From Eledone cirrhosa (taxonomy: Eukaryota), in assembly GCA_964016885.1 (NCBI GenBank), contig OZ024750.1:51336001-51400000 (forward strand): 64,000 bases of DNA, in the 5' to 3' direction. Of the stretch, positions 1-12,588 are shown piece after piece. A program made the position numbers and the translations under genes. The number at the start of each line of letters is the position of its first letter. Position 1 is the stretch's first letter. The notes below the pieces were generated by a model, which was not told the DNA's origin, searched no databases, and saw only the letters and a program-made list of their open reading frames with translations.

Positions 1-877
1 TTATGCCGCCTAGCCAAAGAAGTAAAGTTTACCCGTTTATTTATTTCTATTTGTGTTCTTTTTGTCATACGTAAATAATTATTTAGTGCATTTATTTAAA
101 ACTATATTAAATCACTGACTTTTTTCTTTATGATCTTATTACATCTTTATATCTTATTTCCCCACCCGTATAAATCTAGGTCTTCTACCAAAATCAGAAG
201 CAAACAAACAAATATATTTTTTTTAACTAAATTTTTCTTTCTTTATTGATTTATTATATATTTTCCAGCATCGTTAAGAAGTAAATGTAATTATTATTGG
301 ACTGTCTGTGTATATCAGAACTTATGGAATTATTTGAGACTTTTTCCTAATTATATTCGATATTGATTATCTTCAAATGCACATTTATTTATTCAGTTCT
401 TTTCGTGTCTTTATTTTCTTTTCTTGCTTTTCTTGAAGTCGTTCAGAAGGTATAGAATTTCCTTGAAAGTAAATTACAGTAGCTAATATTTTAAATTGGA
501 GTCTTTTCTGAAATAAAATACAACAAGGCTTAACATACAAGTACCAAGAGACTTGTATAAATAAGGTTAATAGGGGAACTAATTTTGTATATTGGTTGGC
601 ACTGCGTATCTTTTGAAAATGTGAGTGTGCTTATATTACGCATATAATCTTATATATACCAGAGGCATATGTAAATGCATAGACAATATGTTTATTATAG
701 TGAAGGCAATGTGGTTTGTCCTTGAGCAAGTCACTTTATTTCACATTGATAGTATCAGCAATGCAAAGACCAATGAAAACATAATTTTCTTGGTTTGATC
801 TGACGAGTTCCACCCGACTCGGTAAGCCAATGAGGTCTGAAAATTTGTCGATCTATCTCTTCCATAGCAAACATATA

Positions 878-1069
878 CAGACCTGTCAACTCTCACCCGT
901 CCGATGGGGAGATCTCCCACGCACTTTCGGGTGACAGATGTCTTCTCTTGTGAAAATAGGTATAGCTATCATAATTTAAAATCTCCCCATTTTGCCTCAT
1001 TTCTCCCTGTTTTGGAGGCGCTTTTTTCATGGTACTCCTCGTTTAGGTTTTCAGAGGTTGGCAGATCTG
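878..1069. mobile_element. Short non-autonomous DNA transposon (hAT-like MITE)
   Basis: Imperfect TIRs cagacctgtcaac / gttggcagatctg. Flanks catata / cataca resemble a 6-bp TSD. Confidence 0.5.
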
Positions 1070-1264
1070 CATACACAAGTCTCAGTATTAGAATTCTAAG
1101 AGGCAATGTATTTAGTTAAACATACAGATCTAACTACATATTTCTTCCACGTGTGTTACATATTCCATGGGACTGCTCTGGTAGGAGACATAAACACACA
1201 CACGCACACATAAACACATGCATATATATATATATATATATACATGTGTTTATATATATATATC

Positions 1265-1417
<153 letters not shown>

Positions 1418-1455
1418 CTCCCTAATGACTGGCTACACAAGTTGCAGGAACATGA

Positions 1456-1524
<69 letters not shown>

Positions 1525-2014
1525 TTGTGTGATTATGTGTAAATTTATGTATCTATTTCTATGTGTATATGTGTGTGCGTATGTATGTAGGTAATGTACA
1601 CGATAACAAGGCCAGAAGTAATAAAACTATTTATCACTTGAATACAAATCTCTCTGATGATAAAATGTTGTTTATATTTTGAATTTATCACTTTCATCCA
1701 CCACGGGACCTATAACGATATACAGGTTTGTAATTTATGTACATATAGAGACACATACATACATTCATACATACATACATATATACATACATACACACAT
1801 ATATATGTACGTACATACATACATACATACATACATACATACATACATACATACATACATACATACATACATACATACATCTACGGTTAAAATTTGTGAA
1901 ATTATAAAACCAGAAGAACATACATACAAACATACATACAAACATGCATACATACATATATACATACATACATGTATACATGCATACATATATATATGCA
2001 TGCATACATGCATA

Positions 2015-2290
2015 CATGGTGGCTGCCAACTCGTTTTCGAGTACGACCACTACTTTATATCCATGTAGGAGAACCCCTACCGATGCGCTGAACGAGTGTG
2101 ACTTTTTCGTCCAGCCAGCGACTTGAAAACTCTGGTACAAACACTACACTTGTGACAATTATTGACACATAGTGCTGGGCCCATGGTGACGACAAGTGCA
2201 GAGAGATCTCCAGATATAAAGCAATGCCTGTGCCGTGAAGCTTTTATAGTGAGCAAAGGCACTGCACAAAGCCAGTCCCACTCTCTTAAC
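2015..2290 (-). mobile_element. RTE-derived non-autonomous element (L2 type) retaining one C2H2 finger
   Basis: Minus strand encodes CSVCTRVFKSLAGRKSHTRSAH, then a 3' end ctcgaaaacgag...gcagccaccat followed by (gtat)n. Near-identical to 56068-56290 and homologous to the RTE end at 60600-60887. Confidence 0.75.
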
Positions 2291-2387
2291 CAAGATGATA
2301 TTTACCAAAAATATTTTTGATATTTACGTACATACATACATACATATAAACATACGTACATACATACATACCTGTATACATACATAC

Positions 2388-2645
2388 ATGATGACTGTCC
2401 CCTCGTTATCGCGTGTGTCCTTTGCATGGTATAGCATTATTAATAATTATTAATTAATTCTATCGTGCAATGCCTGTGCGTGAAGATTGTTTTAAAGTGA
2501 GGAAACTACTGAGCCGCAGGTTTTATGTCGGAGTTATCCCAGTTTCTTGAGTTCCTTTCTGCTAGAAGAATGCCCTGAAAAAGGCTAGGGATCCTTCACT
2601 CCCAGTGGTTTAACCGCGCATTCTGGTATCCAGTCCGATTATTTC
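2388..2645 (-). mobile_element. RTE-tailed non-autonomous element (L1 type), internally deleted
   Basis: Matches 55403-55745 apart from a ~95-bp deletion after aaagtgaggaa. Ends in (gtat)n. Confidence 0.75.
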
Positions 2646-2854
2646 TATATACATACATACAGACAGATAGACATATACGTACATATATACATACATAAAT
2701 ACAAACGTACATACATATATACATACATACAAACGTACATACATATATACATACATACAAACGTACATACATACACACGTACGTACATACATACATACAT
2801 ACATACATACATACATACATACATACATACATACATACATACATACATACATAC

Positions 2855-3452
2855 CAGGAAAATTAACACGAAATGCCTGATTCACAAAAGAGACAGGGAT
2901 GCGGGCAAAACACCTAGATGTGATAGCAAATGCAGACTCTGCAGAACTAATATCGAGGATATCACCCATGTCATCAGCAGCTGTCCAAAGATGTCATGGC
3001 GGTACTATCTACCTATGAGGCATGATGTAGTGGCCAAAATACTGTACAATACAATCCGTAAAAAAGAAAAACGCATTAAAAGTTACAGCCATGTGGAAGA
3101 CATACATATACATAATATGAAAGAGTACTAGTGGAATGTTCCAGTAAAAACCCCAATAAAATGCAGGCATAACAGACCAGATATTATGATATGGGACAGG
3201 GAGAAGAAAGCATGCACAGTAGTGGAAGTTAGCTGCCTAGCAGATGCCAATATAATATCAAAGATTAGTGAAAAGGAGAATATTTATGCAGAACTGATGA
3301 GAAATCTGCAGATACTGCACCCCGATTACACCTTCAGATGTATGCCTGTGATTATTGGGGCACTGGGGTATGTTAGTAACTGCCTCAATACAAATCTTGA
3401 GAAGCTAGGCTTCACAGGAACAGAAAGAACACAACTAGTTAGGAAATTATAA
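2855..3452 (+). pseudogene. C-terminal fragment of an RLE-type non-LTR retrotransposon (R4/Dong-like)
   Basis: Translates to CRLCRTNIEDITHVISSC (CCHC knuckle), RHDVV and RHNRPDIMIWD...VVEVS...EK (PD-(D/E)xK nuclease). Has a frameshift and stop, its 5' junction lies in (CATA)n, and its 3' end is cut by the family F insertion. Confidence 0.85.
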
Positions 3453-4086
3453 CGGGATGTTTGTTTACAAACACACCGAGCATTATAATAAATGTTCGGT
3501 GAATCCATACGTTCTTTATATATGTGTGCATGTATGTATATATATATATATACTACTGTACATCTGTATACATATATGTATATACGTGTACATACTTATA
3601 TTTAAGTAACAGCCGTACTAAGAGTGGGAAATGAAATTTCGTTTCATTTTTTCCGTTTATCGTTTTCGGTGCACCCGGCCGATTAACCCTCTCAATATGC
3701 AAATTGGGCTACCCAGCCGTTAATATGCACAAGTTAAGTATATACTTTCAGACGTTCAACAATCTGGCAGGAAGGTATACGTTGCTGACGATAGCTAATA
3801 AGCTTGAAACTAGTACAGCGTTCCTTTGTCAGTGTTGAACAAGCGAGCAATGATGGTTGCTAGACACTACGGCTTAATACGGGATGTTTGTTTACAAACA
3901 CACCGAGCATTATAATAAATGTTCGGTGAATACATACGTACATATATATATATATGTGTGCATGTATGTATATATATATACATACTACTGTACGTCTGTA
4001 TACATATATGTATGTACGTGTACATACTTATATTTAAGTAACAGCCGTACTAAGAGTGGGAAATGAAATTTCGTTTCATTTTTTCC

Positions 4087-4088
<2 letters not shown>
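3453..4088 (+). mobile_element. Family F: ORF-less ~430-nt HHR-bearing unit, ~1.5 head-to-tail copies (retrozyme-like)
   Basis: 3453-3656 is repeated at 3880-4088. HHR at 3779-3821. Ends at (TA)n. Confidence 0.8.
3779..3821 (+). ncRNA. Minimal type I hammerhead ribozyme, intact core
   Basis: acgttg CTGACGA t agct aata agct t GAA ACTAGT A^ cagcgt: stem I, stem II, and palindromic stem III ACTAGT. Confidence 0.85.
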
Positions 4089-4157
<69 letters not shown>

Positions 4158-4160
<3 letters not shown>

Positions 4161-4830
4161 CAAATTTATACGGGAACAAAACAGAGAGGCAGACAAATAA
4201 AGGTATATTAGGTTCACGCTTTTGAGAGTGGCGGGGGGGGGGGGGCAGCGACGTTTCGGGCATAAGCCCTTCTTCAGGAGTAAATAGGTTAGGAAGAGAG
4301 TTCAGAGGGTGTGTGGAAATACATTTAGAAAAAAGGGGGATGGACAACAAATAAAAATAAAAATAAACGTAAAAATAAACATAAGAATAAACAATAAGTT
4401 GGACAAGTGGTGGAAGGGTATGAGGCGTGTAAGGGTGGTGGCGGGTGGAGTTGGGAGAGGGAGGCGGGGGTCGAAGCGAGGAATTCTGAAGGTGGTGCTT
4501 GTGTATGTGTGTAGGGGTACGTGAGTGCGTGTGCGTGTGTATGTGAGAGTTTGAGGAAGAACGAGGATCCATGTTCAGGAAAAGGTGTGTGCGTGGGGTG
4601 GGGTGTAAGTCGGTGTGTGCGTGCGTGTGAAAGGAGAGGGGCCGGGGGGTGGGGGAGGTGGCGTGTGGATTCCGGAGGTTGTGAATATGTGGGGGTTCGC
4701 ACGTGTGTGTTTGTGTTTATATGTGGTGTGGATGCGGGTGGCGTGGTGCGAAAAAAAATGTGAGTGTAGGTTCGTGGGAAAGGTTCTCCGGTAGTTACCT
4801 CAGATGTGTGGAGAGATGCTGGTGGCATAA
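4158..4830 (-). mobile_element. PLE-type 3' end (pLTR) with HHR at 4250-4281
   Basis: Reverse complement reads CTGAAGA a gggc ttat gccc GAAAC GTC, then the motif agcgtgaacctaatata, and ends at (TA)n. Stem I is weak and the upstream boundary is uncertain. Confidence 0.6.
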
Positions 4831-5183
4831 ACACTGCACGGCGTAATTCGGGCTGTTTGTTTGTTTACGTACATACATATATGTATACAGACGTACAGTA
4901 GTAGTATGTATATATATACATCATTGCACACATATATATATGCACGTATCGGTTTACCGAACATTTATTATAATGGCCGGTTTGTTTACAAACAAACCGA
5001 GCATTATAATAAATGTTCGGTAAACCGATACGTGCATATATATATGTGTGCATGTATGTATATATATACATACTACTGTACGTCTGTATACATATATGTA
5101 TGTACGTATACACACATACATACTTACATTTAAGTAAGTGCCATACTAAGAGTGAGAAATGAAATTTCGTTTCATTCTATTCC

Positions 5184-5185
<2 letters not shown>
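4831..5185 (+). mobile_element. Family F partial copy with internal inversion (hairpin ~4867-5107)
   Basis: Same terminus ...tactaagagtgagaaatgaaatttcgtttcattc followed by (TA)n, with an inverted internal segment. Confidence 0.8.
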
Positions 5186-5258
<73 letters not shown>

Positions 5259-5621
5259 TCATTAAAGTATTACCAAATACAATTTTACACCAAATATTGA
5301 TTTACAATTGCTTCTTTCTTAGGACTTATCAAAATCAATCATTTTATGAACAAATACTTCAACATGTTCATCTCACTACACACACCAAAGAAATCACAGT
5401 GAAAATCTTGACGTTGTTTAAGCAGCCATTATCTACCAACACAAGCTTGTTTGAAAATGTTCTTTTCTGGTAGTATGATACAGAGACGATGTACAGTTTA
5501 TGATAATTATGTAGTTTATTATAATAAATAACTGTATTTTGGGCTGATATAACTTTTCTACCTACTTCTCTCCAGTTTTTATATTTGAAAAAGAATTTCT
5601 TCATATATATATATATGTATG

Positions 5622-5845
5622 TAAAAGGTAAACAGAAACAGCAACACAATCGGTACAGTATATGGAAGGTATATATTAGGTTAACGCTTGATATAGCAGG
5701 AAGAGGGTCTTAACGTTTCGGACGCTAGTCCTTCATCAGAAGAAAGAATGAGAAATAAAATAGATTAAGGGGACCGGCGGGATGGAATTGGAAAAAAATG
5801 TCTTTAGATAAAAATAATAGGTCCATTCATGTTGACATCATCGCT
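5622..5845 (-). mobile_element. Family B PLE 3' end (copy of 28870-29089)
   Basis: Near-identical reverse complement of 28870-29089. Ends in a TA-rich tract. Confidence 0.85.
5708..5743 (-). ncRNA. Minimal type I hammerhead ribozyme, intact core
   Basis: Reverse complement: tctt CTGATGA a ggac tagc gtcc GAA ACGT T^ aaga. Confidence 0.85.
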
Positions 5846-6035
5846 ATAAGTTTTCAAGTAGTGACTATGTCACTGAGTTAGTCTCGGAAGTGACAGTCAC
5901 TTTAAAACTCATAGCGAATGGTCTTCAAAATGTTTTTAAATAAACATACAGTATATGAGCAAATATGCTATACATACATTCATACATCCATCGCTTTTTC
6001 AGAGCACCAATACTAATTCATATATATATATAGAC

Positions 6036-8393
6036 AGTCGACGACCCGACAACAGGACCACCAACAAGACCCGTATGCGGGGCTAATATAGCTAGCAACT
6101 ACAGGATCTCCTACTTCCTCTCAATGGTTATACGCCCCATAATCAAGATGTCCCCAGATGTATGTGACAGTACAGAGGACCTCCTCAGCAGAATCAGTGA
6201 GTGCAACAAAAACAGGAGCCTATCCAACTGCATAATAGGCAGCATGGATGTGGTGTCACTGTAGCCATCCATTAACATTGATTTTGCTGTGAAAAGATGT
6301 GTGGAGATGATCATTGAGAGTGAGGTGGAGTTCTGCGACGTCGACACAGACGAACTGGGCCTCCTACTTAGACTTACCTACGACACTGACTACCTAGACA
6401 GCCATGACCTTAGATGTTTCTGCTCTAGTAGACCTATAAGAGGTAGACCCCCCACCATAACCTCAATGGCAAAAAAGACTCCCATGGGAAGGTGGATTGG
6501 GTGGACCAAAGCTAGACGGACCCCCCCAAAAAAACAATGAACAGGTAAGAAAAATGGTCGCACATGCAATAGGGGCTAGTATCGAAACTACCCTAAAGGG
6601 CCACATATTTAAGTTCAACGAGAAGATCTACACTCAAAATGAGGGAGCAGCCATCGGCGTCAGCATAGCTGGTGATGTTGCCAAACTTTTCATGGTATGG
6701 TGGGAAAGGAGACTTAAAGATCTCCTGAATGAGAGCTCCATAGACCTCATCATGTACTCTCGTTACGTAGACGATATCAATATAGTTATAAGAACACCCC
6801 CACTAGAGAGCACTAACAAGTTTGATTTAGAACGTAGCACGATGGAAAGCATCCAGCAGATAGCTAATTCCATACACCAGAGTATAACTGTAACTATCGA
6901 CTTCCCTTCCAAACACTCTAACAATAGACTAACTGTATTAGACACAGAACTCTGGATTAACACTATAGACGAGAGAGCCCAAATTCTCCACTCACACTAT
7001 GCTAAACCCATGGCCTCCAAATACCTGATACTCAAAAACTCAACAATGTCCAGTAGTGCTAAGTTTAATATTCTGATCGCAGATTTCGTACGAGTGATGA
7101 AGAATGTGTCCCGCATGTGCGACCCAACAGAAATGGAAAGACACATCCAACACTTCATCAACCGCATGCAGTTCTCTGGCTACAACCAAAGAGACAGAGT
7201 CAGAGTATACGAAGGAGCCATGGAAAAGTATAAGACCCTCATAGAACTGGACATGAAAGGAATTTGCCCATTATACAGGAACAAATCATGGAATAGCTTA
7301 GATAGGGCAAGACATAAGATAGGGAAAGCCACCTCATGGTACGACAACCAGAGATACCAGAGTGTCATGTTTGTGGACGCCACCCCTGGAGGGAAATTAG
7401 CTAACCAGTGTAGTAAGGCCCTGAGAAAGACCCACTTAAAAATAAAGGTGGTAGAAAGGACAGGAACCACCATAAAATCCCTGATCAGCAAAACCTACCC
7501 TTTTAAGAAAACCCACTGTACCAATAGGAAATGTATCATATGTAAGGTGAACCCTCGGATAAACTGTAAAACTAGAAACGTAGTCTATAGCATAAGATGT
7601 ACAGAGGGTACTTGCAGAAACATGACAATAGGTGAGACAGCTCGTAGCATAGTTGAAAGGATAGACCAACACTGGGGGGAACTAAAAGGACGAAAAAACG
7701 GGTCAGTATATACGAACATGCTAGACAACAACATGACGGTAACATAGACAACATAGAAATTAGAATAGTATCTAAACATAGAAATGACCCAGCAGATAGG
7801 CAAATCAGAGAGGCCAGTGAAATAGAAATTAGAAGACCAAGGCTAAACAGAAAGAATGAATGGAATAACAACAACACCCAAACAAACAACACTGACCTAA
7901 GAGAAGTATAAATAAGTAAATAAAATAAAATAAATAAATAAATAAATACATACACAAGCACAATAACAACAAGCACATAAACACACACTAGTCACCCATC
8001 ACACAGCAAACAAAACACTATACACACACGCAAACACATGCGCAAAGAAGACAAAATAAAATAAACAAACAAGCAAATAAATAAATAAATATATAGACAG
8101 ACTGAATAAAAATGGCGTAGACATACAATACAACAGGAGGAAAATATAACACCACTGACGATGTTGCAGATGTGCAACGAAAGATTTATGATAAACTATA
8201 TATATGTGTTTGTGTCTATATTGTATCTGTATTATTTTTGACCGTCGGTCAGTCAATGGCAACATTGAGGACCGAGTAAGTTAGATTACCGATATAAAAG
8301 ACACAGAAGCGAGAAGCGAAAACCAACCAAACAATGAGTGTGTTCTGTTATTAATTCTGGCAATATTACACAAATATGACCCTCCCCAAGTAT

Positions 8394-8399
<6 letters not shown>
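6036..8399 (+). mobile_element. Penelope-like retroelement, family C (5'-truncated), flanked by (TA)n
   Basis: RT plus GIY-YIG pseudo-ORF, then a 3' UTR with an HHR at 8152-8190 (CTGACGA t gttgca gatg tgcaac GAAA) and the terminus ...ccaagtataacaa followed by (TA)n. Confidence 0.9.
6050..7910 (+). pseudogene. PLE reverse transcriptase / GIY-YIG endonuclease, disrupted
   Basis: Motifs TRPVC, GSMDVVSL*PSI (A), QNEGAAIG (B'), YSRYVDDI (C), a Cys-rich linker, NVVYSIRC...IGETARS and LNRKNEW. Stop at ~6262, frameshifts at ~6530 and ~7695. Confidence 0.92.
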
Positions 8400-8482
<83 letters not shown>

Positions 8483-9115
8483 TGTGTGTGGTTGAGATGT
8501 TAGTAGTTAACACAAATAGGACCTTTATTCTACTTAATGCCCTTTACTTAAGAAAAGTGCAGATATTTTGAGGATTTCTGGCATTGTCTCCAGTCCAAAG
8601 CTTTTTCGTTTGTTTTTAACATTTTGAACTGGTATCCACTGTCATTTCCTATGGGAGTAAATTTAATGAATAATTCTGTTGGATTGAGGGATTTGTGGCT
8701 GACGTTGGGTGTGGGTGTTGTGTGGGTGTTGTGTGGTGGAGTGGTTCTGGAATTGGTTTGTATTTGGATGAATTAGATGGTCACTGCAGGCAAGTCGTGA
8801 TAGCCACAAAGTGTGTCACTCCAATCAAACTGAAGCGGGTGGGAAACTTACCTGTACATTGTGTGGCATGACCAGGTAAATCATGACCATGGTTTCATGG
8901 ACCATCTAAAGCGACATCAGCAGCAACAACATCAATAACAAGTTTTTACTTATGTCTGACGTTTCTTTCTAAGAAATGGTCGGACACGAACACGAGTTGA
9001 CTTTCACCATATTTTTACTTTTTTCTATTCATTTCTTTTATTTTTTACCTTTTAACTTCCTTCCTTAACCCTCCCTTACAACCCCTCGGAGTTTCTGTTC
9101 TTCCCCTATCCGAAA

Positions 9116-9151
9116 TTTCCCGATGAAGGACAACTGTCTGAAACGTCGAAA
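9116..9151 (+). ncRNA. Minimal hammerhead ribozyme (U4C variant)
   Basis: tttc CCGATGA a ggac aact gtct GAA ACGT C^ gaaa, followed by gtgtggacctaatata and a TA-flanked end at ~9216. Confidence 0.7.
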
Positions 9152-9433
9152 CCTCCCCCACTTCCACCAAGTGTGGACCTAATATAACTGTGTTTTATTT
9201 GTTTATTTTCAGCTACATATATATTTGTGTGTGTGTTCGTGTGTATTTGTGTGCGTGGGTGTGTGCGTGTGCATCAGTGTGTATGTGTGGGTGTGTGTGT
9301 GCGTGCGGGTGAGTTTGTGTGTATGTGTCCATCTGCGTATCTGTGTGTGTGTGTGTGTATGTGTGTATGTGTGTGTGTATGTATGTGTGTGTGTGTTTGT
9401 GTGTTTGTGTGTTTGTGTGTGTATGTGTGTGTG

Positions 9434-9464
<31 letters not shown>

Positions 9465-9528
9465 ATGTATGTGTCCATCTGCGTGTGTGTGTGGGTATGT
9501 GTGTATGTGTGTGTATGTATACTAGAAT

Positions 9529-9599
<71 letters not shown>

Positions 9600-9612
9600 G
9601 ATATATATATAT

Positions 9613-10410
9613 ATAATATAATTTATAGTTTACACTCAGGGGTCAATTACAATTATTCCGCTCTAAGAAAGAAGCATTTCTGAGCAGTACAATAGAAGTT
9701 AATATAAATAAATATATGATCAACTCTTATGTGTTTTTACTGCAAATTGACAATAAATTAGCTAGAATGAAATATCTTAATTCAAATACATATAGTCTGC
9801 CTGTATTGATCTAAAAAATAATACATCTATACTCACAGACGTATAACGGCAATGGCCTGGTGACTATACAAGTTTAAATTTCAAAATTCAAACCTTTTCC
9901 GTAGATCAGTCCGAAACTCAAAACGTAAACCTGTTTCACAAGGGATGGTATAATATTGACATAATTAATTAGTTGTGAAATAATTAATTTTCTGTGATTC
10001 TCAATAGGCACCCAGAAAAATTAAAGTTACTTCACCTCGGAGAAATATCTAAGGTCTGGTTTATCGTATGCTAAATACATCTGCTTTTGCACACGATTAC
10101 TTCCTGCATTCTAGCTCATGCTCATGGCGCTAGAAATAACAGCCGTTTATATGAGATTACGAATTCAGCTCGACCGGGGGAGCAGTTTGTATAATATAAT
10201 TTAGAGTTTACACTCAGGGGTCAATTACAATTATTCAGCTCTAAGAAAGAAGCATTTCTGAGCAGTACAATAGAAGTTAATATAAATAAATATATGATCA
10301 ACACTTATGTGTTTTTACTGTAAATTGACAATAAATTAGCTAGAATGAAATATTTTAATTCAAATACATATAGTCTGCCTGTATCGATCTAAAAAATAAT
10401 ACATCTTCGA
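9613..10410 (-). mobile_element. ORF-less ~579-nt unit, ~1.4 tandem copies, candidate HHR at 9923-10009
   Basis: 9613-9828 is repeated at ~10190-10406. Reverse complement reads gccta TTGAGAA ... GAA ACAGGT T^ tacgt. (TA)n on both sides. Confidence 0.6.
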
Positions 10411-10427
10411 TATTTCTACCAAACTTT

Positions 10428-10479
<52 letters not shown>

Positions 10480-10503
10480 ATATATTAGTTTTATGTAAGT
10501 GTG

Positions 10504-10547
<44 letters not shown>

Positions 10548-11389
10548 AAGTTCACAAATTTAAAACCACAGTGATTCGAGCCAGCAATCCCAAAATTAGA
10601 ACTGAACCACCTGGATTTTAACGTATGGAATACACACCATCATACCGCTATTAGCTGTCAAACAGCCAACTGGTCACTAGATCATAAATCTCTTAACATC
10701 TATTTCACCCTCTCTCCCTGAAATCGCATCAACCCCAATAAGACAAGACAATCAGCAAAACATTTACCACACACATTTGTCAAACCTCCCTTCAACATCC
10801 ACCCTAAACATTGGGTCTCATACTAGTATCTCCCAATTAATATCTAATTTATTGCTTTTTCTTTTATCTGTCACTACATCAGACTCTCTACACGTATCTA
10901 TGTATGTTTCGAATATGACTTTTCATGTTAGCACAAAATCCACCACAGCATCCTTAAACAGACACTTACTCACCACCACCACTATCATATTCTGTACTTA
11001 TATGCTCTCACTTATCCTTATTTCTTTATATTTCTATTATTTTTCCATTTCTTTTACTTTTTGACTGTATCTTTTTTCTTTCTTTTACTTTTTACATCTA
11101 TAAATTCTTTACCTATTTATCATATATATTTTATTATTGATGTTATTGTTTTAATTATACGCTATTTCTCTATATATATCTTGCCATGTATAAATTATTT
11201 TTGTTTTCCAAGGATTTGATCAGAGGTAAATAATGTAATGGAGATCGAGTGACGCAACTTCGAGCGATTAGCGGGCTCTAGACTCATCTGATCAATGAAA
11301 CAATAGTTAATACCTGAAATAAAGCCCCATGTTGTACATCCAACCATGTTACTATTCATTCTTTCACTATATATATATATATATATATA

Positions 11390-12240
<851 letters not shown>

Positions 12241-12243
12241 TAT

Positions 12244-12309
<66 letters not shown>

Positions 12310-12343
12310 TTATATATATATATATAAGTTTTATGTAAGTGTG

Positions 12344-12381
<38 letters not shown>

Positions 12382-12588
12382 CGCACATATATCTATATAT
12401 ATTATTCAAAATATTAACAAATGAAAGATATTCACATAATCAAAATATATGCTTTATTATATATATTTCAAAGGTACTGTGTTGTTGTTTTTTTCGGTAC
12501 GTCCTCACCAGATAAAATATATGATTTGATATATACCGCTACGGTCTTGATTATACAATTCCAGTATTGGCAGTGTTATATATATATA

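Noticed and set aside
6050-7910. In-frame stops in PLE ORFs as selenocysteine recoding
   Set aside because: The stops at conserved sites are TAG replacing Tyr (6262 and ~43327) and come with frameshifts, which is ordinary decay.
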